From positions 124,001 through 188,000 of the IMG/VR virus record IMGVR_UViG_3300033141_006329: a stretch of DNA of 64,000 nt. One strand, given 5' to 3'. Shown in pieces: positions 46,374 to 57,236 of the stretch; position 1 is the first letter of the stretch; the number at the start of each line of letters is the position of its first letter. The translations under genes were made by a program, and so were the position numbers. The notes below the pieces were generated by a model that worked only from the letters and a program-made list of their open reading frames with translations, had not been told where the DNA came from and did not search any database.

Positions 46374-48785
46374 ATGGCTAATGAACATGAGAGAATAGAT
46401 CAATTTTTCGAACTATTGGAATGGTTAAAACAGACTGACAGTATACCAGAAGAAGATATAGAAACATGGTTACACAGAAGTCCTGAACTCGAATATAAAC
46501 AAAAGCAACTGGCATATGATGATAAACAAAAAACAGTAGAATTTTTTGAAACAATTATAGATCAACCCGCATTCTCCTCCAACGATCATAAAAGATTAAG
46601 AAAATTCCTCATAGATTGGTATGCGAGTCATAGGTCATATGTAACCCAAATGTTTAAAAGTACTGATCCATTCAGTATGAGTTCAGAAGCCTTAAATGAA
46701 ATAATCCTAAGTTTTGGTTTTCCTTACCCTCAGAAAATAATATCAACCTCAAGAAAAGCTCAGTTTATATTAGATCTTATAAACATGTATCAAAAGAAAG
46801 GCACACCATCAGTTCTAGTAAAAGCACTACAAACGTATTTTGGTTTAAGCAATGTTATTTTATCTGAGTGGTGGATAAATAGAAGACCTAACGGTGAATT
46901 TTATGCTGTATCTGAACCAATATTTCCTGTAGGTTTGCAAGGGAATCCTTTATATAGAACAGAAATAAGTTATAGTGCATTTGCAGATGTCGATCCACTC
47001 TGGCATTTGAGTGAAGCAGAGTTGATATCAACTTATGCCAGTGCTAAAATTAAATTACCATCTATAACCTCACATATATCATTACAAGCAACAGTTAGTA
47101 TATTTGGAGTAAATGCAGCTCTGGCAATATTAAATAGAAAATTACAGGAATCATATGAATATTGGTCAGGGACAGGAGACCTTAATAGAGATATATCGTT
47201 ATCAAAATATGCGTGGACAATATCTCCTTTAGAATTAACCTTACTGATTGATTATGTTTTTAACAGCACAACTGATACTGCGGATAAGAGATTTATATTT
47301 TATAATGGTAGACATACACCCTTAGACATACCCGAATTAGATGAATCACGGGACGATATCGATGATGTGGAATTTAGTCTCATCATAGATGAATATAATC
47401 AAATAGTAAGGAAACCCGGAACCAGAGCAGAACGAGATGAATTATTAGCATTAAAAAAAGAAAGTTTTTCAGGAGTTATATCAGAACAATCTGTAACTGA
47501 TACCCTTAGAGATTCGGGTACCGTGTTAAATAGTATAAATCCAGAACTCAAAAGTGAATTTGATATATTGCTTGCAGCTGTAGGTAGTAATAGAAGAGAT
47601 ATATTAGATTCTCTATTGAGAGATTTGGAATATTATTTAATGGATACTTTAGGTGTCATGGAATATCCTATAAGTTATCTCATAACAGGATCTCCTATAC
47701 AAGATACATTAAAGGATGTTATGGATTTCTTTAAACCTTATAGAGCAAGAATAAGAGAATTTATAAGTTCTATGGCATTTGATGATCCTTTGGAAGATTC
47801 ACAGAGGGTTGATGATAGTCACTTTTATAATATGTATCTTCAAATGGTTGATAAAGGATATCTATCAGATTTAACGTTTGAACAATGTATGGTGGAAGAT
47901 CGTTTATACTTAGCATTGAATATGCCTTTCCATGAATATCTACTCAGTATGGGTGGGATTAAAGATTACCTATTTACAACAATTACTCACATGGCATCAT
48001 CTGTATCAGAAGTAGAAGATAGTAAACTCATAACACTAGATCAATGGTTTGTGGAACAGAATTATAACAAATTTGATTGGGGTATAGTTGAAGATAATTT
48101 GAGACATACCTTGATAACACAGAGATTGGGGTCTATATTACATATTCCTTACGACGCCACAACTGAAAATTATGGAGAGCAATTAGAAGATAATTTAGAG
48201 GCAATAATATATCACACAGAGAGATCTCACCTAGAAGATTTGCGTGATTCAAAAATAATTTCAATAGGTAATTCATTTCTAGAAACTAAACAGTTTGGAT
48301 TCAATTGTGGTTTCAATAAGGACAAACTCTTGATAGAACAAAATCAATTGATATACGATAGAGTTATTTATCCTGATGGATCTATAGGAACAATTAAGTG
48401 TGGAACAGATAGTTTAGGTTTATCTATTATTAGATTCTCCAACATAACTGATAATATTACACTTTCTGAAAATAGAATATATACTATTAATCAGCAATTC
48501 GTTGAAGAAGATAATAGAGGCTGGTGGGAAGATGGATTCTATTATGATAACATGATACCCGCAGTTAACAACATAGTTCATGATGATGCTTTTAGAAACG
48601 GACTCGATGAAGGTGGTTTGGATTATTTTATAGAGCATATGGCGCAAAGGTTATCAGATACTTATAATCCAACTGAACAACCAATAATAGGAACACATAT
48701 ACGTTTAATAGAGCCCTCAAATAATGACTTCTTAGATATGTCTCATGTTGAGGATTCTATTGAAATAGAGATTATAGATTTATAA
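46374..48785 (+). CDS. Putative baseplate wedge protein
   Basis: L......GF, YQKKGT...L and FFKPYRAR motifs seen in wedge/tail-I-like proteins. Confidence 0.55.
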   Translation: MANEHERIDQFFELLEWLKQTDSIPEEDIETWLHRSPELEYKQKQLAYDDKQKTVEFFETIIDQPAFSSNDHKRLRKFLIDWYASHRSYVTQMFKSTDPFSMSSEALNEIILSFGFPYPQKIISTSRKAQFILDLINMYQKKGTPSVLVKALQTYFGLSNVILSEWWINRRPNGEFYAVSEPIFPVGLQGNPLYRTEISYSAFADVDPLWHLSEAELISTYASAKIKLPSITSHISLQATVSIFGVNAALAILNRKLQESYEYWSGTGDLNRDISLSKYAWTISPLELTLLIDYVFNSTTDTADKRFIFYNGRHTPLDIPELDESRDDIDDVEFSLIIDEYNQIVRKPGTRAERDELLALKKESFSGVISEQSVTDTLRDSGTVLNSINPELKSEFDILLAAVGSNRRDILDSLLRDLEYYLMDTLGVMEYPISYLITGSPIQDTLKDVMDFFKPYRARIREFISSMAFDDPLEDSQRVDDSHFYNMYLQMVDKGYLSDLTFEQCMVEDRLYLALNMPFHEYLLSMGGIKDYLFTTITHMASSVSEVEDSKLITLDQWFVEQNYNKFDWGIVEDNLRHTLITQRLGSILHIPYDATTENYGEQLEDNLEAIIYHTERSHLEDLRDSKIISIGNSFLETKQFGFNCGFNKDKLLIEQNQLIYDRVIYPDGSIGTIKCGTDSLGLSIIRFSNITDNITLSENRIYTINQQFVEEDNRGWWEDGFYYDNMIPAVNNIVHDDAFRNGLDEGGLDYFIEHMAQRLSDTYNPTEQPIIGTHIRLIEPSNNDFLDMSHVEDSIEIEIIDL

Positions 48786-48976
48786 GGAGAGGGGCTAATG
48801 GGTAAAGTTAAAAGGATTCCAATAATAATTGGAGACAATCAAAGGAAAAATATCAGAGATGAGTTTATTTCTGGGGATATTAAACCAAAAATAAATGTCA
48901 TTAAAAAAGATATAGAAAAAAATGATGGAACAAAGGATAGTTTATACATTGTCAAGGAAAAGAGGAGGATTGAATA

Positions 48977-49708
48977 ATGGGTAGTAAATATGAGACCCCT
49001 ATAGTCGTGCCTAAAGATTATATTGTAAATCCCAAAGAACGTGGAATGTTTGGAAGGACTAATCTTGTTAATATTAAGGTTCGAAATATTGTAACAGGGG
49101 AAATAGAAAGTGATCAAAATAGTAACCTTATAGTATACAGAGGAAGAGACTGGCTATTACAAAGGGCTTATAATGCTGGATTTGGAAGCGGCACTAGAGA
49201 TGGTGAACAATGGGAAGCTATGTGGATAAATTGGTTAGCAGTAGGTACGGGTGGGTCAGTAGGTGGAAATCCATTGACTCCTACAAGTCCTGCATTACCA
49301 GATTATGTATTAAATACGCATGGAACTGTTGATGTGGGAAGTAATTATATTACAGTTGGCGGAAAGGAATATCATACATTTGATTCTGGATTCCCAAAAT
49401 TCTTACACGATACGGATGTAACGGAGACTGTATATGGTCCTTCTTTTACTGATTATAACGGTACAACTAATCCTAGTGACAGCGTATTGATAGGGCTGGT
49501 TAAAGTGACGCTCTCATCTGAAGAATGTAATGGTGGGGCACTGGATACAGATTATCAGGATATTTCTGAGGCAGGTTTATTTATAAGCAGCTCGGCTAGT
49601 GTTGGATCTCCTCCTACTCAGTTGGAATTATTTGCAAGAGTGTGCTTTTCAACAGTAAGAAAGAACAACGAAAGGGAAATTATCCTAAGTTGGTTCACGT
49701 ATTTCTAA
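48977..49708 (+). CDS. Baseplate / tail-fibre attachment protein
   Basis: NLIV..GR..L, AVGTGG, ISEAGLF, LFARV.F....K motifs. Confidence 0.65.
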   Translation: MGSKYETPIVVPKDYIVNPKERGMFGRTNLVNIKVRNIVTGEIESDQNSNLIVYRGRDWLLQRAYNAGFGSGTRDGEQWEAMWINWLAVGTGGSVGGNPLTPTSPALPDYVLNTHGTVDVGSNYITVGGKEYHTFDSGFPKFLHDTDVTETVYGPSFTDYNGTTNPSDSVLIGLVKVTLSSEECNGGALDTDYQDISEAGLFISSSASVGSPPTQLELFARVCFSTVRKNNEREIILSWFTYF

Positions 49709-49759
49709 TGATTTCAATGAGTTGGAATATATCAACTCATTTCATGGTAAAAATCAAAC

Positions 49760-49804
49760 AGGACAAACTCTAAACTTAAACAATTTAAGAGAGGGGTTTG
49801 TCCT
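49760..49804 (+). promoter_or_regulatory. Late promoter motif forming an RBS-sequestering hairpin
   Basis: AGGACAAACTCT pairs with GGGGTTTGTCCT directly before ATG; inner stem CTTAAA/TTTAAG. Confidence 0.65.
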
Positions 49805-50998
49805 ATGGTTAGTTGTAAATTATGCGGTAAAAAATTTGAAACTTTAAGAGGTGTTGCTACGCATCTAAGATTTTGTAAAAAGAATCTGAATGAAATGAAA
49901 ATTGTAGATTATTATAATCAATTTATAAAACAAGGTATTGAAGGAAAGTGTGTACTGTGTGGAAAATATACTAGATTTAACGGATTAGATATAGGTTTTT
50001 CTACGTATTGTGGGAGTCGATGTGCAGCACTTGGTGTAAATAAAGGATTAAAGGCAAATCCCAGAATAAATGAACCAAAAAAGAAATCGGTTATCTGCAA
50101 AATGTGTAATAAAAAATTAAACAATATAAATAGCTTGGGGAACCATCTTAAATATTGTAAATCTAATATTGATAGATTAAATTCAAACCAATATTATAAT
50201 AAATATATAAAGAAAGATGATGAAGAATTATGTAAAACATGTGGAAATGTTACTAAATTCAAAGGTCTGGAGAAAGGTTATGATGCATATTGTAGTAAGA
50301 TTTGTTCAAACAGAGATAGACCGATTTCAGAAAAATTAAATAATACTATTATGTATACAGATAGATTACAAAAAATTGGACTTGAACCTATATATGAAGG
50401 TGAATATTTTACCGGACGCCAAGAGATAGAATTCAAGTGTTCAAAATGTAGTCGTATATTTAAAAATTATACATTTAATATATTAAAAATTAGAAACAAA
50501 TGTCCATTTTGTACAGATAAAAGTAGATCAATATCTGAAAGATTAATATATTCATATCTAAAACATAAATTTCATAAATATAATGTTTATAACAATTATA
50601 AAAAATTATTATATCCATTTGAAATAGATATAATAATGCCTTCTCTTAATATATCTTTAGAATATAATGGTCTTTATTATCATTCAAGTCAAAATTCTCA
50701 AAATAGAGATTTGTGGAAATCACATGGATGCATCAAAAATAATTTCAAGCATGTGGTTATATGGGAAGACGAGTTTAATATACATAATAAAGATTATAAA
50801 TTTATAGATACCATAATAAAAAATGCTATGGAATGTGATGTTAAAAAATACATGAAAAATACAAAATATTTTACAACATTTCCTATCAGTATAGCCGATA
50901 TAGACAACTTCGATAAAACTAAAAGATTTAAACTTTTACAGTTGAGTGAATGTAATAAAAACTTTAAAAGACCTCCAAGATCATTATTCGTCCCATAA
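49805..50998 (+). CDS. Free-standing homing endonuclease: duplicated zinc-finger module plus Vsr-like nuclease
   Basis: Two C..C...HL..C...C..CG....F.GL..G...YC modules; EIDI......LEYNGLYYH...IWED. Confidence 0.75.
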   Translation: MVSCKLCGKKFETLRGVATHLRFCKKNLNEMKIVDYYNQFIKQGIEGKCVLCGKYTRFNGLDIGFSTYCGSRCAALGVNKGLKANPRINEPKKKSVICKMCNKKLNNINSLGNHLKYCKSNIDRLNSNQYYNKYIKKDDEELCKTCGNVTKFKGLEKGYDAYCSKICSNRDRPISEKLNNTIMYTDRLQKIGLEPIYEGEYFTGRQEIEFKCSKCSRIFKNYTFNILKIRNKCPFCTDKSRSISERLIYSYLKHKFHKYNVYNNYKKLLYPFEIDIIMPSLNISLEYNGLYYHSSQNSQNRDLWKSHGCIKNNFKHVVIWEDEFNIHNKDYKFIDTIIKNAMECDVKKYMKNTKYFTTFPISIADIDNFDKTKRFKLLQLSECNKNFKRPPRSLFVP

Positions 50999-51024
50999 TT
51001 TCTAAAAATAATCAAAAAGATATT

Positions 51025-51052
51025 AGGGAGGGGCTTTCGCCCCTTCCTTTTT
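51025..51052. terminator. Intrinsic terminator
   Basis: AGGGAGGGGC-TTTC-GCCCCTTCCT followed by T tract, between convergent genes. Confidence 0.75.
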
Positions 51053-51791
51053 ATCCAACCATTTCTCCGGATCCTAACCGTATATCCCAAGAATACTTCC
51101 CACTTATATCCGATAGTTCATCGCTTATTTGATCTTTACTTTTAACCACAACTCCGCTAAAACATCCTAACGCAGTGTCTTGAAAACAACCTCTAATATG
51201 TTCGAATTGTGTCATATAGATCTCCTCTTGTATTGACTTGTTAATAGATAAATCGTTAAATATATCAATCAATGATGGTTTCTTAAAATCTATCCATACA
51301 TAATTTATGATACTTTCTGCTTCACCTTTAGTCGCACAATACTCATCCTCAAGAAGTTTCTCCTGAAGATCTTTCCTAGTAACTAGACATAAATCTCTAT
51401 CATTTGAACCACAGATATTAGATATAAGTTCTCTGGGATTTATACTTATATTAAATTTCTTCACCAACTCATGTAAAATAATACACATAGTCTCTGCTTT
51501 ATCGTATTCTATTCTACGCAATAACCCAATTGCTCTCTGCCCTGGTTTTATTATCAATGCCTCTATACCTTCCGCCGATATAAATTTAATGGAAGGAATA
51601 ATATTAATATTCAAATTATTACCTAAAACTTTTAAAGGATATTTAGTATACAAATCAAAATTTTCCGGAACATTAAAACTGACGGTTATAGGTGAATTAT
51701 TATATTTTATTGAACACACCTTCAGCCAATCAGCAACAGCAGAATAATTAGGAGAAGTTAAGCATACATTAAAGTCCTCTAAACATGTCAT
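51051..51791 (-). CDS. Hypothetical protein
   Basis: 246-aa ORF overlapping end of LRR gene. Confidence 0.55.
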   Translation of the reverse strand: MTCLEDFNVCLTSPNYSAVADWLKVCSIKYNNSPITVSFNVPENFDLYTKYPLKVLGNNLNINIIPSIKFISAEGIEALIIKPGQRAIGLLRRIEYDKAETMCIILHELVKKFNISINPRELISNICGSNDRDLCLVTRKDLQEKLLEDEYCATKGEAESIINYVWIDFKKPSLIDIFNDLSINKSIQEEIYMTQFEHIRGCFQDTALGCFSGVVVKSKDQISDELSDISGKYSWDIRLGSGEMVG

Positions 51792-52584
51792 CTTTGTCCT
51801 CCTCTTCTACTAGTTCTGTCCCTAATAAATTTTCATCTACTCCTAAATTAAAATATTCAGGACAAGATGTAATAAACTCTTTTTGTATAACTTCTTTGGT
51901 TTTGAATAAACCTTCAGTCATTAACATTTCCTCTACTATTGTGATAGCATCATTTATAGATATATTCTTAATATGAGATACTCTGGGTAGAAGACTGAAT
52001 ACAATGCGATCAGAACTATGCCTAGTGTGAGTTTTTATTTCAACTCCACCAAAAACTGCCATTATGAAAATATCACCACCTACTAAATTTACTACAAATT
52101 CATCATCCAACCAAGTGTATCTTTTAGATATAAAGGGTTTACCATTGAAGGTTTTTAAATTTGGTAGAGCTTTTAAAATATAGGATTGATGAAAAGGTAT
52201 ATCTGCATAGAGATGAACTAAATTTTTCAAATTACATAATGGAAGATAATTGTTGATACTATTGTTAGATATGTTTAGATATTGTAGAGTAGTCATATCT
52301 TTTAAGGGTGCTATATCACCTATACAGTTACTATACAAATCAATATGTTCTAAAGGAAGATTTTCTAAGGGTGTTAAATCACAAGCATACCCATTCTGCA
52401 TCCTAAGAGATATTAAATTTCTACATTTATGTAATCCTGTAAGATTAGTAATATTATCCTTTATTATTAATGATTTAACTTTTAAAAAATCCTCTTTAGT
52501 CAGTTTATGCATACAACTTAAACCAAGCATATGTTGTATACAACGCTTCATTACAGGATTAAGTGTTTTATATTTGTGTGTCAT
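51769..52584 (-). CDS. Leucine-rich repeat protein
   Basis: ITNLTGL..C.NL..L, DLTPL..L.L..IDL..N.I.DI.PL repeats; start from GGAGG RBS. Confidence 0.8.
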   Translation of the reverse strand: MTHKYKTLNPVMKRCIQHMLGLSCMHKLTKEDFLKVKSLIIKDNITNLTGLHKCRNLISLRMQNGYACDLTPLENLPLEHIDLYSNCIGDIAPLKDMTTLQYLNISNNSINNYLPLCNLKNLVHLYADIPFHQSYILKALPNLKTFNGKPFISKRYTWLDDEFVVNLVGGDIFIMAVFGGVEIKTHTRHSSDRIVFSLLPRVSHIKNISINDAITIVEEMLMTEGLFKTKEVIQKEFITSCPEYFNLGVDENLLGTELVEEEDKDDMFRGL

Positions 52585-52676
52585 TTTTATTTCCTCCATT
52601 TTTAAATTTTTTAAAACCACCTTTATATATCTGTTTTTTAATGAGTTCCTCCTATTCAATCCAAACCCTTTTATAA

Positions 52677-52691
52677 AGGACAAATTAAAAA
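52677..52691 (+). promoter_or_regulatory. Putative late promoter motif AGGACAAATTAAAAA
   Basis: Motif copy upstream of sheath gene. Confidence 0.65.
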
Positions 52692-52753
52692 GACTAGGAT
52701 AAACGTTTAGGATGATAATCCTATTTAAAACACTCATAAAAAAGGAGATTATA

Positions 52754-54448
52754 ATGGCTCATGTAGCACCCGGTGTATACACCAAGATAATTGACCTTTC
52801 CGAATATGTTGCAGGAATTCCCTCTACTATAGGGTTCCTACCAATCATATGCGAACAAGGTCCAGACAATCAGTTAATTCAAACTAATGCTAAGGATTTC
52901 TATGTTGATTTTGGCGAACCTAACATTAGTTATGCAGGAAAAGCAGCAGGACAAGGTCCTTATATTGCAGGATCTTATCTAAGAGAAAGTGATTCTCTTT
53001 ATGTAATCAGGTGTTTACCTGAAGATGCTAATTTTTCGAACTTAAGTATTTTAGCGGAAGCAGAAGGCGGCTATGGGGCGGATTCCACATCAGATGTAAC
53101 CATTGATAGTGATACTGGTATTAACACAACTGGTGAGCTAGAAACATTACTAACGAGCGGTGACGCATGTATAGTTTTTTACGGAGTAGGAAGAGGAGAT
53201 TTTTATAATAATTTCCAAGTTAGTATAAGCAAACATTCTAATCCACAACTATCTGATCCTGCAATTATGGGTCATTATGATATGGTTTATGTGCTGGATT
53301 TATATAAGAGACAATCTGAGGATGATGAGGATGGTTTACCACAGTATGAAATCATATCTTCCTTTGAGGTATCATTTAATCCTGTCCGGCTAGATGCGAG
53401 TGGAGAAAGTATGTTCATCGGGGATATCATAGATAGATATAGTCGATATGTAAAATGCGTTGTTGATAGAGATAAATGTGGCGTAGCCGTTAATGCTGGA
53501 CATGCCGATTTTTCTCAACCATTTGTATCAGGTGCTATTAATCTGGACAATGGCGATGTGGGTAGCCTTTTTACTGCGACTGGTATTGACCTTGATGTTG
53601 CGAAGCAAATATTAGGTAAGGCTTATACAGGTACTTTACCTAAGACTCAGACAGGACTTTACGTTGACGAAGTTTTGGATACAGAAGATGTCTATTTTAC
53701 TATCGTTTTGGATGGTGGATATGCAACGGATGTAAAGAGTCAGATATATACGCTAGTCCAAACTAGGAAGGATTGTGTTGCCCTGATTGATAACGGCGAC
53801 AATACAACTCCTGCTAATGCTATAGTAGCTCGTGATGATAACCATACTTATAATACTAAGTATATGGCATTATATGAGAGCTACAGTAAAATATACGATA
53901 CTTATACCGGACGTGATATATGGGTCAGCCCAATATATCATATGGCTAATATCGTTCCTTATACTGATAATGTAGCTGAGGTTTGGTGGGCACCTGCAGG
54001 ATTTAATAGAGCCACTATCGGAACTATTAAGGAACTGCGTTATAGCCCCCGTCTAGGAGAGAGAGATAATTTTTACTTAAAACAAATAAATCCAATCGTG
54101 AAATTTAATGTTGGGTATACAGTGTTTTCACAATTAACCACACAGAAGAGACCAAGTGCATTACAAGATTTAAATATCATACGTTTAGTGCTATATTGCA
54201 AAAGGGCCATAGAACAATTTGCCAAATTTTTTATTTTTGAGCAAAATGATGCCCTCACATGGTCATCAATTTCTATACAAGTAAATAAATTCTTAAAAGT
54301 TATACAAGATAAGAGAGGTTTGTATAGTTACAGTGTTGATGTTGGGGCCTCAGAATATGAGTTAAAAAGCAAGCAAATACATCTGAACGTTACCCTTGAA
54401 CCTACCCGCGTGGTGGAACAAATTTATCTAAATTTCTTCATTAAGTAA
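52754..54448 (+). CDS. gp18: Tail sheath protein, T4 gp18-like
   Basis: APGVYTKIIDLS, FGEP, RKDCVALID, WWAPAGFNR, INPI, FEQND..T motifs. Confidence 0.93.
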   Translation: MAHVAPGVYTKIIDLSEYVAGIPSTIGFLPIICEQGPDNQLIQTNAKDFYVDFGEPNISYAGKAAGQGPYIAGSYLRESDSLYVIRCLPEDANFSNLSILAEAEGGYGADSTSDVTIDSDTGINTTGELETLLTSGDACIVFYGVGRGDFYNNFQVSISKHSNPQLSDPAIMGHYDMVYVLDLYKRQSEDDEDGLPQYEIISSFEVSFNPVRLDASGESMFIGDIIDRYSRYVKCVVDRDKCGVAVNAGHADFSQPFVSGAINLDNGDVGSLFTATGIDLDVAKQILGKAYTGTLPKTQTGLYVDEVLDTEDVYFTIVLDGGYATDVKSQIYTLVQTRKDCVALIDNGDNTTPANAIVARDDNHTYNTKYMALYESYSKIYDTYTGRDIWVSPIYHMANIVPYTDNVAEVWWAPAGFNRATIGTIKELRYSPRLGERDNFYLKQINPIVKFNVGYTVFSQLTTQKRPSALQDLNIIRLVLYCKRAIEQFAKFFIFEQNDALTWSSISIQVNKFLKVIQDKRGLYSYSVDVGASEYELKSKQIHLNVTLEPTRVVEQIYLNFFIK

Positions 54449-54465
54449 AATAATCAAAATTTAAT

Positions 54466-54498
54466 AAAAAGGGAGAGCAATATTACTCTCCCTTTTTT
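54466..54498. terminator. Bidirectional intrinsic terminator
   Basis: AAAAAGGGAGAG/CTCTCCCTTTTT. Confidence 0.8.
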
Positions 54499-54534
54499 CT
54501 TCGTTATAAAATTACATTCTCTTTCAAAAACCTA

Positions 54535-55644
54535 TTATTCCATTAAAATCTTTTTAAATTCTTTATCATTTATATCTAAAATACTACCTTTTTTATTAAC
54601 TTTAATTCTAATAAATCTACAACCCAACTCTTTAATTATTTCTTTCTGTCTTCTAACATCTTCAAGTTTGAGACACCCTCCCAGATAATGGTGAGACTCG
54701 TCTATTTCTATAGCAATATTTCTTTTCTTATCATACCCATCTAGAAAATACCCAATGACTCTATATTCACCACCCCTCTCAGCATGCTGAAAATCAAATC
54801 CTTTATCATTTAGAATTTCTATTATATGGCAACCCTTAGAATTATAATAGGGAGTCACTTGACCATTACAATTTTCAATTTTAGATAATGTCATTTCCCT
54901 TCTCTGTAGTCGAAATTCTTTTGTTTTTGAATAACTGTCTACACCATATTTTTTTAAACAAGTTTGTTTTCTATTAATTATTGCTTCGGGACTAAGTAAT
55001 ATTGCAGCCGCATCTCTATCTAAAGAAGCACAACTAATATTACAATAACTATCAACTGCAAAACCCTTAATAAGACTAATAAATTTGGTAGCATTATTAC
55101 AACTGTCTCTTTTACATTTTGAAGGTTTACCTCCTAAATATTTGATATGATATTCTTCCAGCTCTTTGTCACCAAATCGATGTATACCATTATGAATAGA
55201 AAGATGTTTAGATAAATCATATTTATTTTCAAATCTTTTCTCAATACTATTCTCTAAACAAATCATACAAACTTCTGGTAGTTCATAATATCCTTCCTCT
55301 ATTTTCTTATGTTCTGCTTTATCCTTCCAGTTTTTAGATCTAATTTTCTTGGAGTCAGGGTTTAGATTTCTACAATGTTTACAATATTGATTACCGCTAT
55401 TGCTTTTATTTGCCCGGTAACCATTATTTGTCTCATAAAAACTCATCTCCCCACCACAAACACAACAATATTTTTCTTTCTTTAATTCATTAGGGTTATC
55501 TATAATATAAACATCAAAATATTTATTTTTTATATTTTTCAAACCCTGAATATTATGTGCATTTCTTAAATGTTGTGCCAAACCATTTGCATTTGCAACC
55601 AGTTTTCCACATATTGCACATTTAGTTTTAAATTCTTCTCTCAT
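54535..55644 (-). CDS. Free-standing homing endonuclease (C2H2 fingers plus Vsr/EDxHD-like nuclease)
   Basis: QHAE.GGEY...GYFLDGYD...IAIEIDE.HH. Confidence 0.75.
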   Translation of the reverse strand: MREEFKTKCAICGKLVANANGLAQHLRNAHNIQGLKNIKNKYFDVYIIDNPNELKKEKYCCVCGGEMSFYETNNGYRANKSNSGNQYCKHCRNLNPDSKKIRSKNWKDKAEHKKIEEGYYELPEVCMICLENSIEKRFENKYDLSKHLSIHNGIHRFGDKELEEYHIKYLGGKPSKCKRDSCNNATKFISLIKGFAVDSYCNISCASLDRDAAAILLSPEAIINRKQTCLKKYGVDSYSKTKEFRLQRREMTLSKIENCNGQVTPYYNSKGCHIIEILNDKGFDFQHAERGGEYRVIGYFLDGYDKKRNIAIEIDESHHYLGGCLKLEDVRRQKEIIKELGCRFIRIKVNKKGSILDINDKEFKKILME

Positions 55645-56639
55645 ATACTACTTCCTTTAAACAACTCACTCTCAAAATCAAAACTAATAACAGGATTATC
55701 CTTAAGATAAGTCTTGAGTTTACATCTGCTCATACCTAAAATAAGAACCTTTAAAAAATCAAATAATTCATATAAATTCACATCTTTGATGGTTGAATGT
55801 ATATTTTCATCATTATCCTCAGGAGAATATAAAATTTCCCAATATAATTTCGACATAGGATAAATTGTCAATATAGAATAAATCTCACCATAATATTCAT
55901 GTGTTTCTTCCAACCACCATCTCTTCAAATTAGGTTGTGTGGCCCACACTACTCCATTTATAAATACATTATCATAGTTTATACGGTTTAGCCCAGAAAC
56001 ATTATATAATTTTTTAACGATGTCATTTGAAATTCCACTGCCTTCATAATCAATATCCAATTCAGTCAGCTTTGGTAACTGTTCTAATATACTTAAATCT
56101 AAGGAAGAATTATTTGGAATACCTAAATAACTCAATTTATCTAAATTAGAAATAGGATATACATTTTTTAATAATTCACAATATTGCAAATCCAATCTCC
56201 TCAATTTTAATAACCCACTGATTGGACATATATCAGTAATTGGATTATTGCTTAAATTCAATTCTTCTAAATTTAATAGATTTTCAATCCCGCATATTGT
56301 GGGAATTTTATTATCAGCAATGTATAAGTATTTTAAATTATATAGACATACTAACGGGGATATGTCCATAATTCTATTTGAAAATAAATCCAGTTTCTTC
56401 AGACTGATAAGATTTTTTAAAGGCTTTAAATCTGTTATTGTATTGTTAAACAAATCCAACTCTACCAAATTAATAAAATATTCTAATCCACCTATCGATT
56501 CTAATTTCTTTTCAGATAAATCTAATTTTGTTATACTCTCTACTTCATCCTTATATACAGGATCATCAGATCTTTTATTTAAAATTTCTTTTATAATATC
56601 TCTTAATTTTCCATATTCAAATTTCAATTCTTCTCTCAT
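55641..56639 (-). CDS. Internalin-like leucine-rich repeat protein
   Basis: About 7 LxxLxxLxLxxNxIxDLxPL repeats; C-domain INGVVW...W.I.Y. Confidence 0.85.
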   Translation of the reverse strand: MREELKFEYGKLRDIIKEILNKRSDDPVYKDEVESITKLDLSEKKLESIGGLEYFINLVELDLFNNTITDLKPLKNLISLKKLDLFSNRIMDISPLVCLYNLKYLYIADNKIPTICGIENLLNLEELNLSNNPITDICPISGLLKLRRLDLQYCELLKNVYPISNLDKLSYLGIPNNSSLDLSILEQLPKLTELDIDYEGSGISNDIVKKLYNVSGLNRINYDNVFINGVVWATQPNLKRWWLEETHEYYGEIYSILTIYPMSKLYWEILYSPEDNDENIHSTIKDVNLYELFDFLKVLILGMSRCKLKTYLKDNPVISFDFESELFKGSSI

Positions 56640-56749
56640 AACCCAACTTTATTCCTTCCTCTCTATTTAACCTCTTGTTTTCTTTAGTATGTCCTCTTCC
56701 TACTATGGTTTTCCATTCATTCTATCCTTTTTAATAGATTTTTTGGATA

Positions 56750-57136
56750 TCATGGGTGAATATCTACAAATGTTAGGCTATCTCCCGGCCGACCATGATA
56801 CCAAAACTGGTCACGTGTAGAATATTGATCTTTTTTGTATACAGCTTTGACGTGGTTGCGGAATTCCATATAGGTTTCGGGTTTATCATCTTCCCATTTA
56901 TATTTTATGTCATGTAAATCAGTAAAAAAGTATACTTTCCATGTTTTGTCAGTAACAACCTTACTTAGAATTTGGGCCAAACAATGATGACAATCTAGTA
57001 TAGATGGTGTAACATATATATTTTGAATTGTCCCACCAAATCTTGACCAAGTTATTCCTTCTACATATGCACATTGCCCCAAACTACTATATAGTAATAT
57101 AATTCCCAATAATATAATTATTATTTTTTCTTTCAT
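56750..57136 (-). CDS. Secreted or membrane-anchored hypothetical protein
   Basis: N-terminal signal-like MKEKIIIILLGIILL. Confidence 0.55.
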   Translation of the reverse strand: MKEKIIIILLGIILLYSSLGQCAYVEGITWSRFGGTIQNIYVTPSILDCHHCLAQILSKVVTDKTWKVYFFTDLHDIKYKWEDDKPETYMEFRNHVKAVYKKDQYSTRDQFWYHGRPGDSLTFVDIHP

Positions 57137-57236
57137 TTTAAATCTCCTATTATGTTATGATTTTTATTTGCAATTTTCTTTCTCATCCATTCTTATTTTT
57201 TAATACATTTCACCATTATTTTAAAGATCCAGCATC

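Noticed and set aside
48319-48333. Extra late-promoter copy AGGACAAACTCTTGA
   Set aside because: Inside a CDS, lacks terminal AAA, and is about 460 bp from the next start
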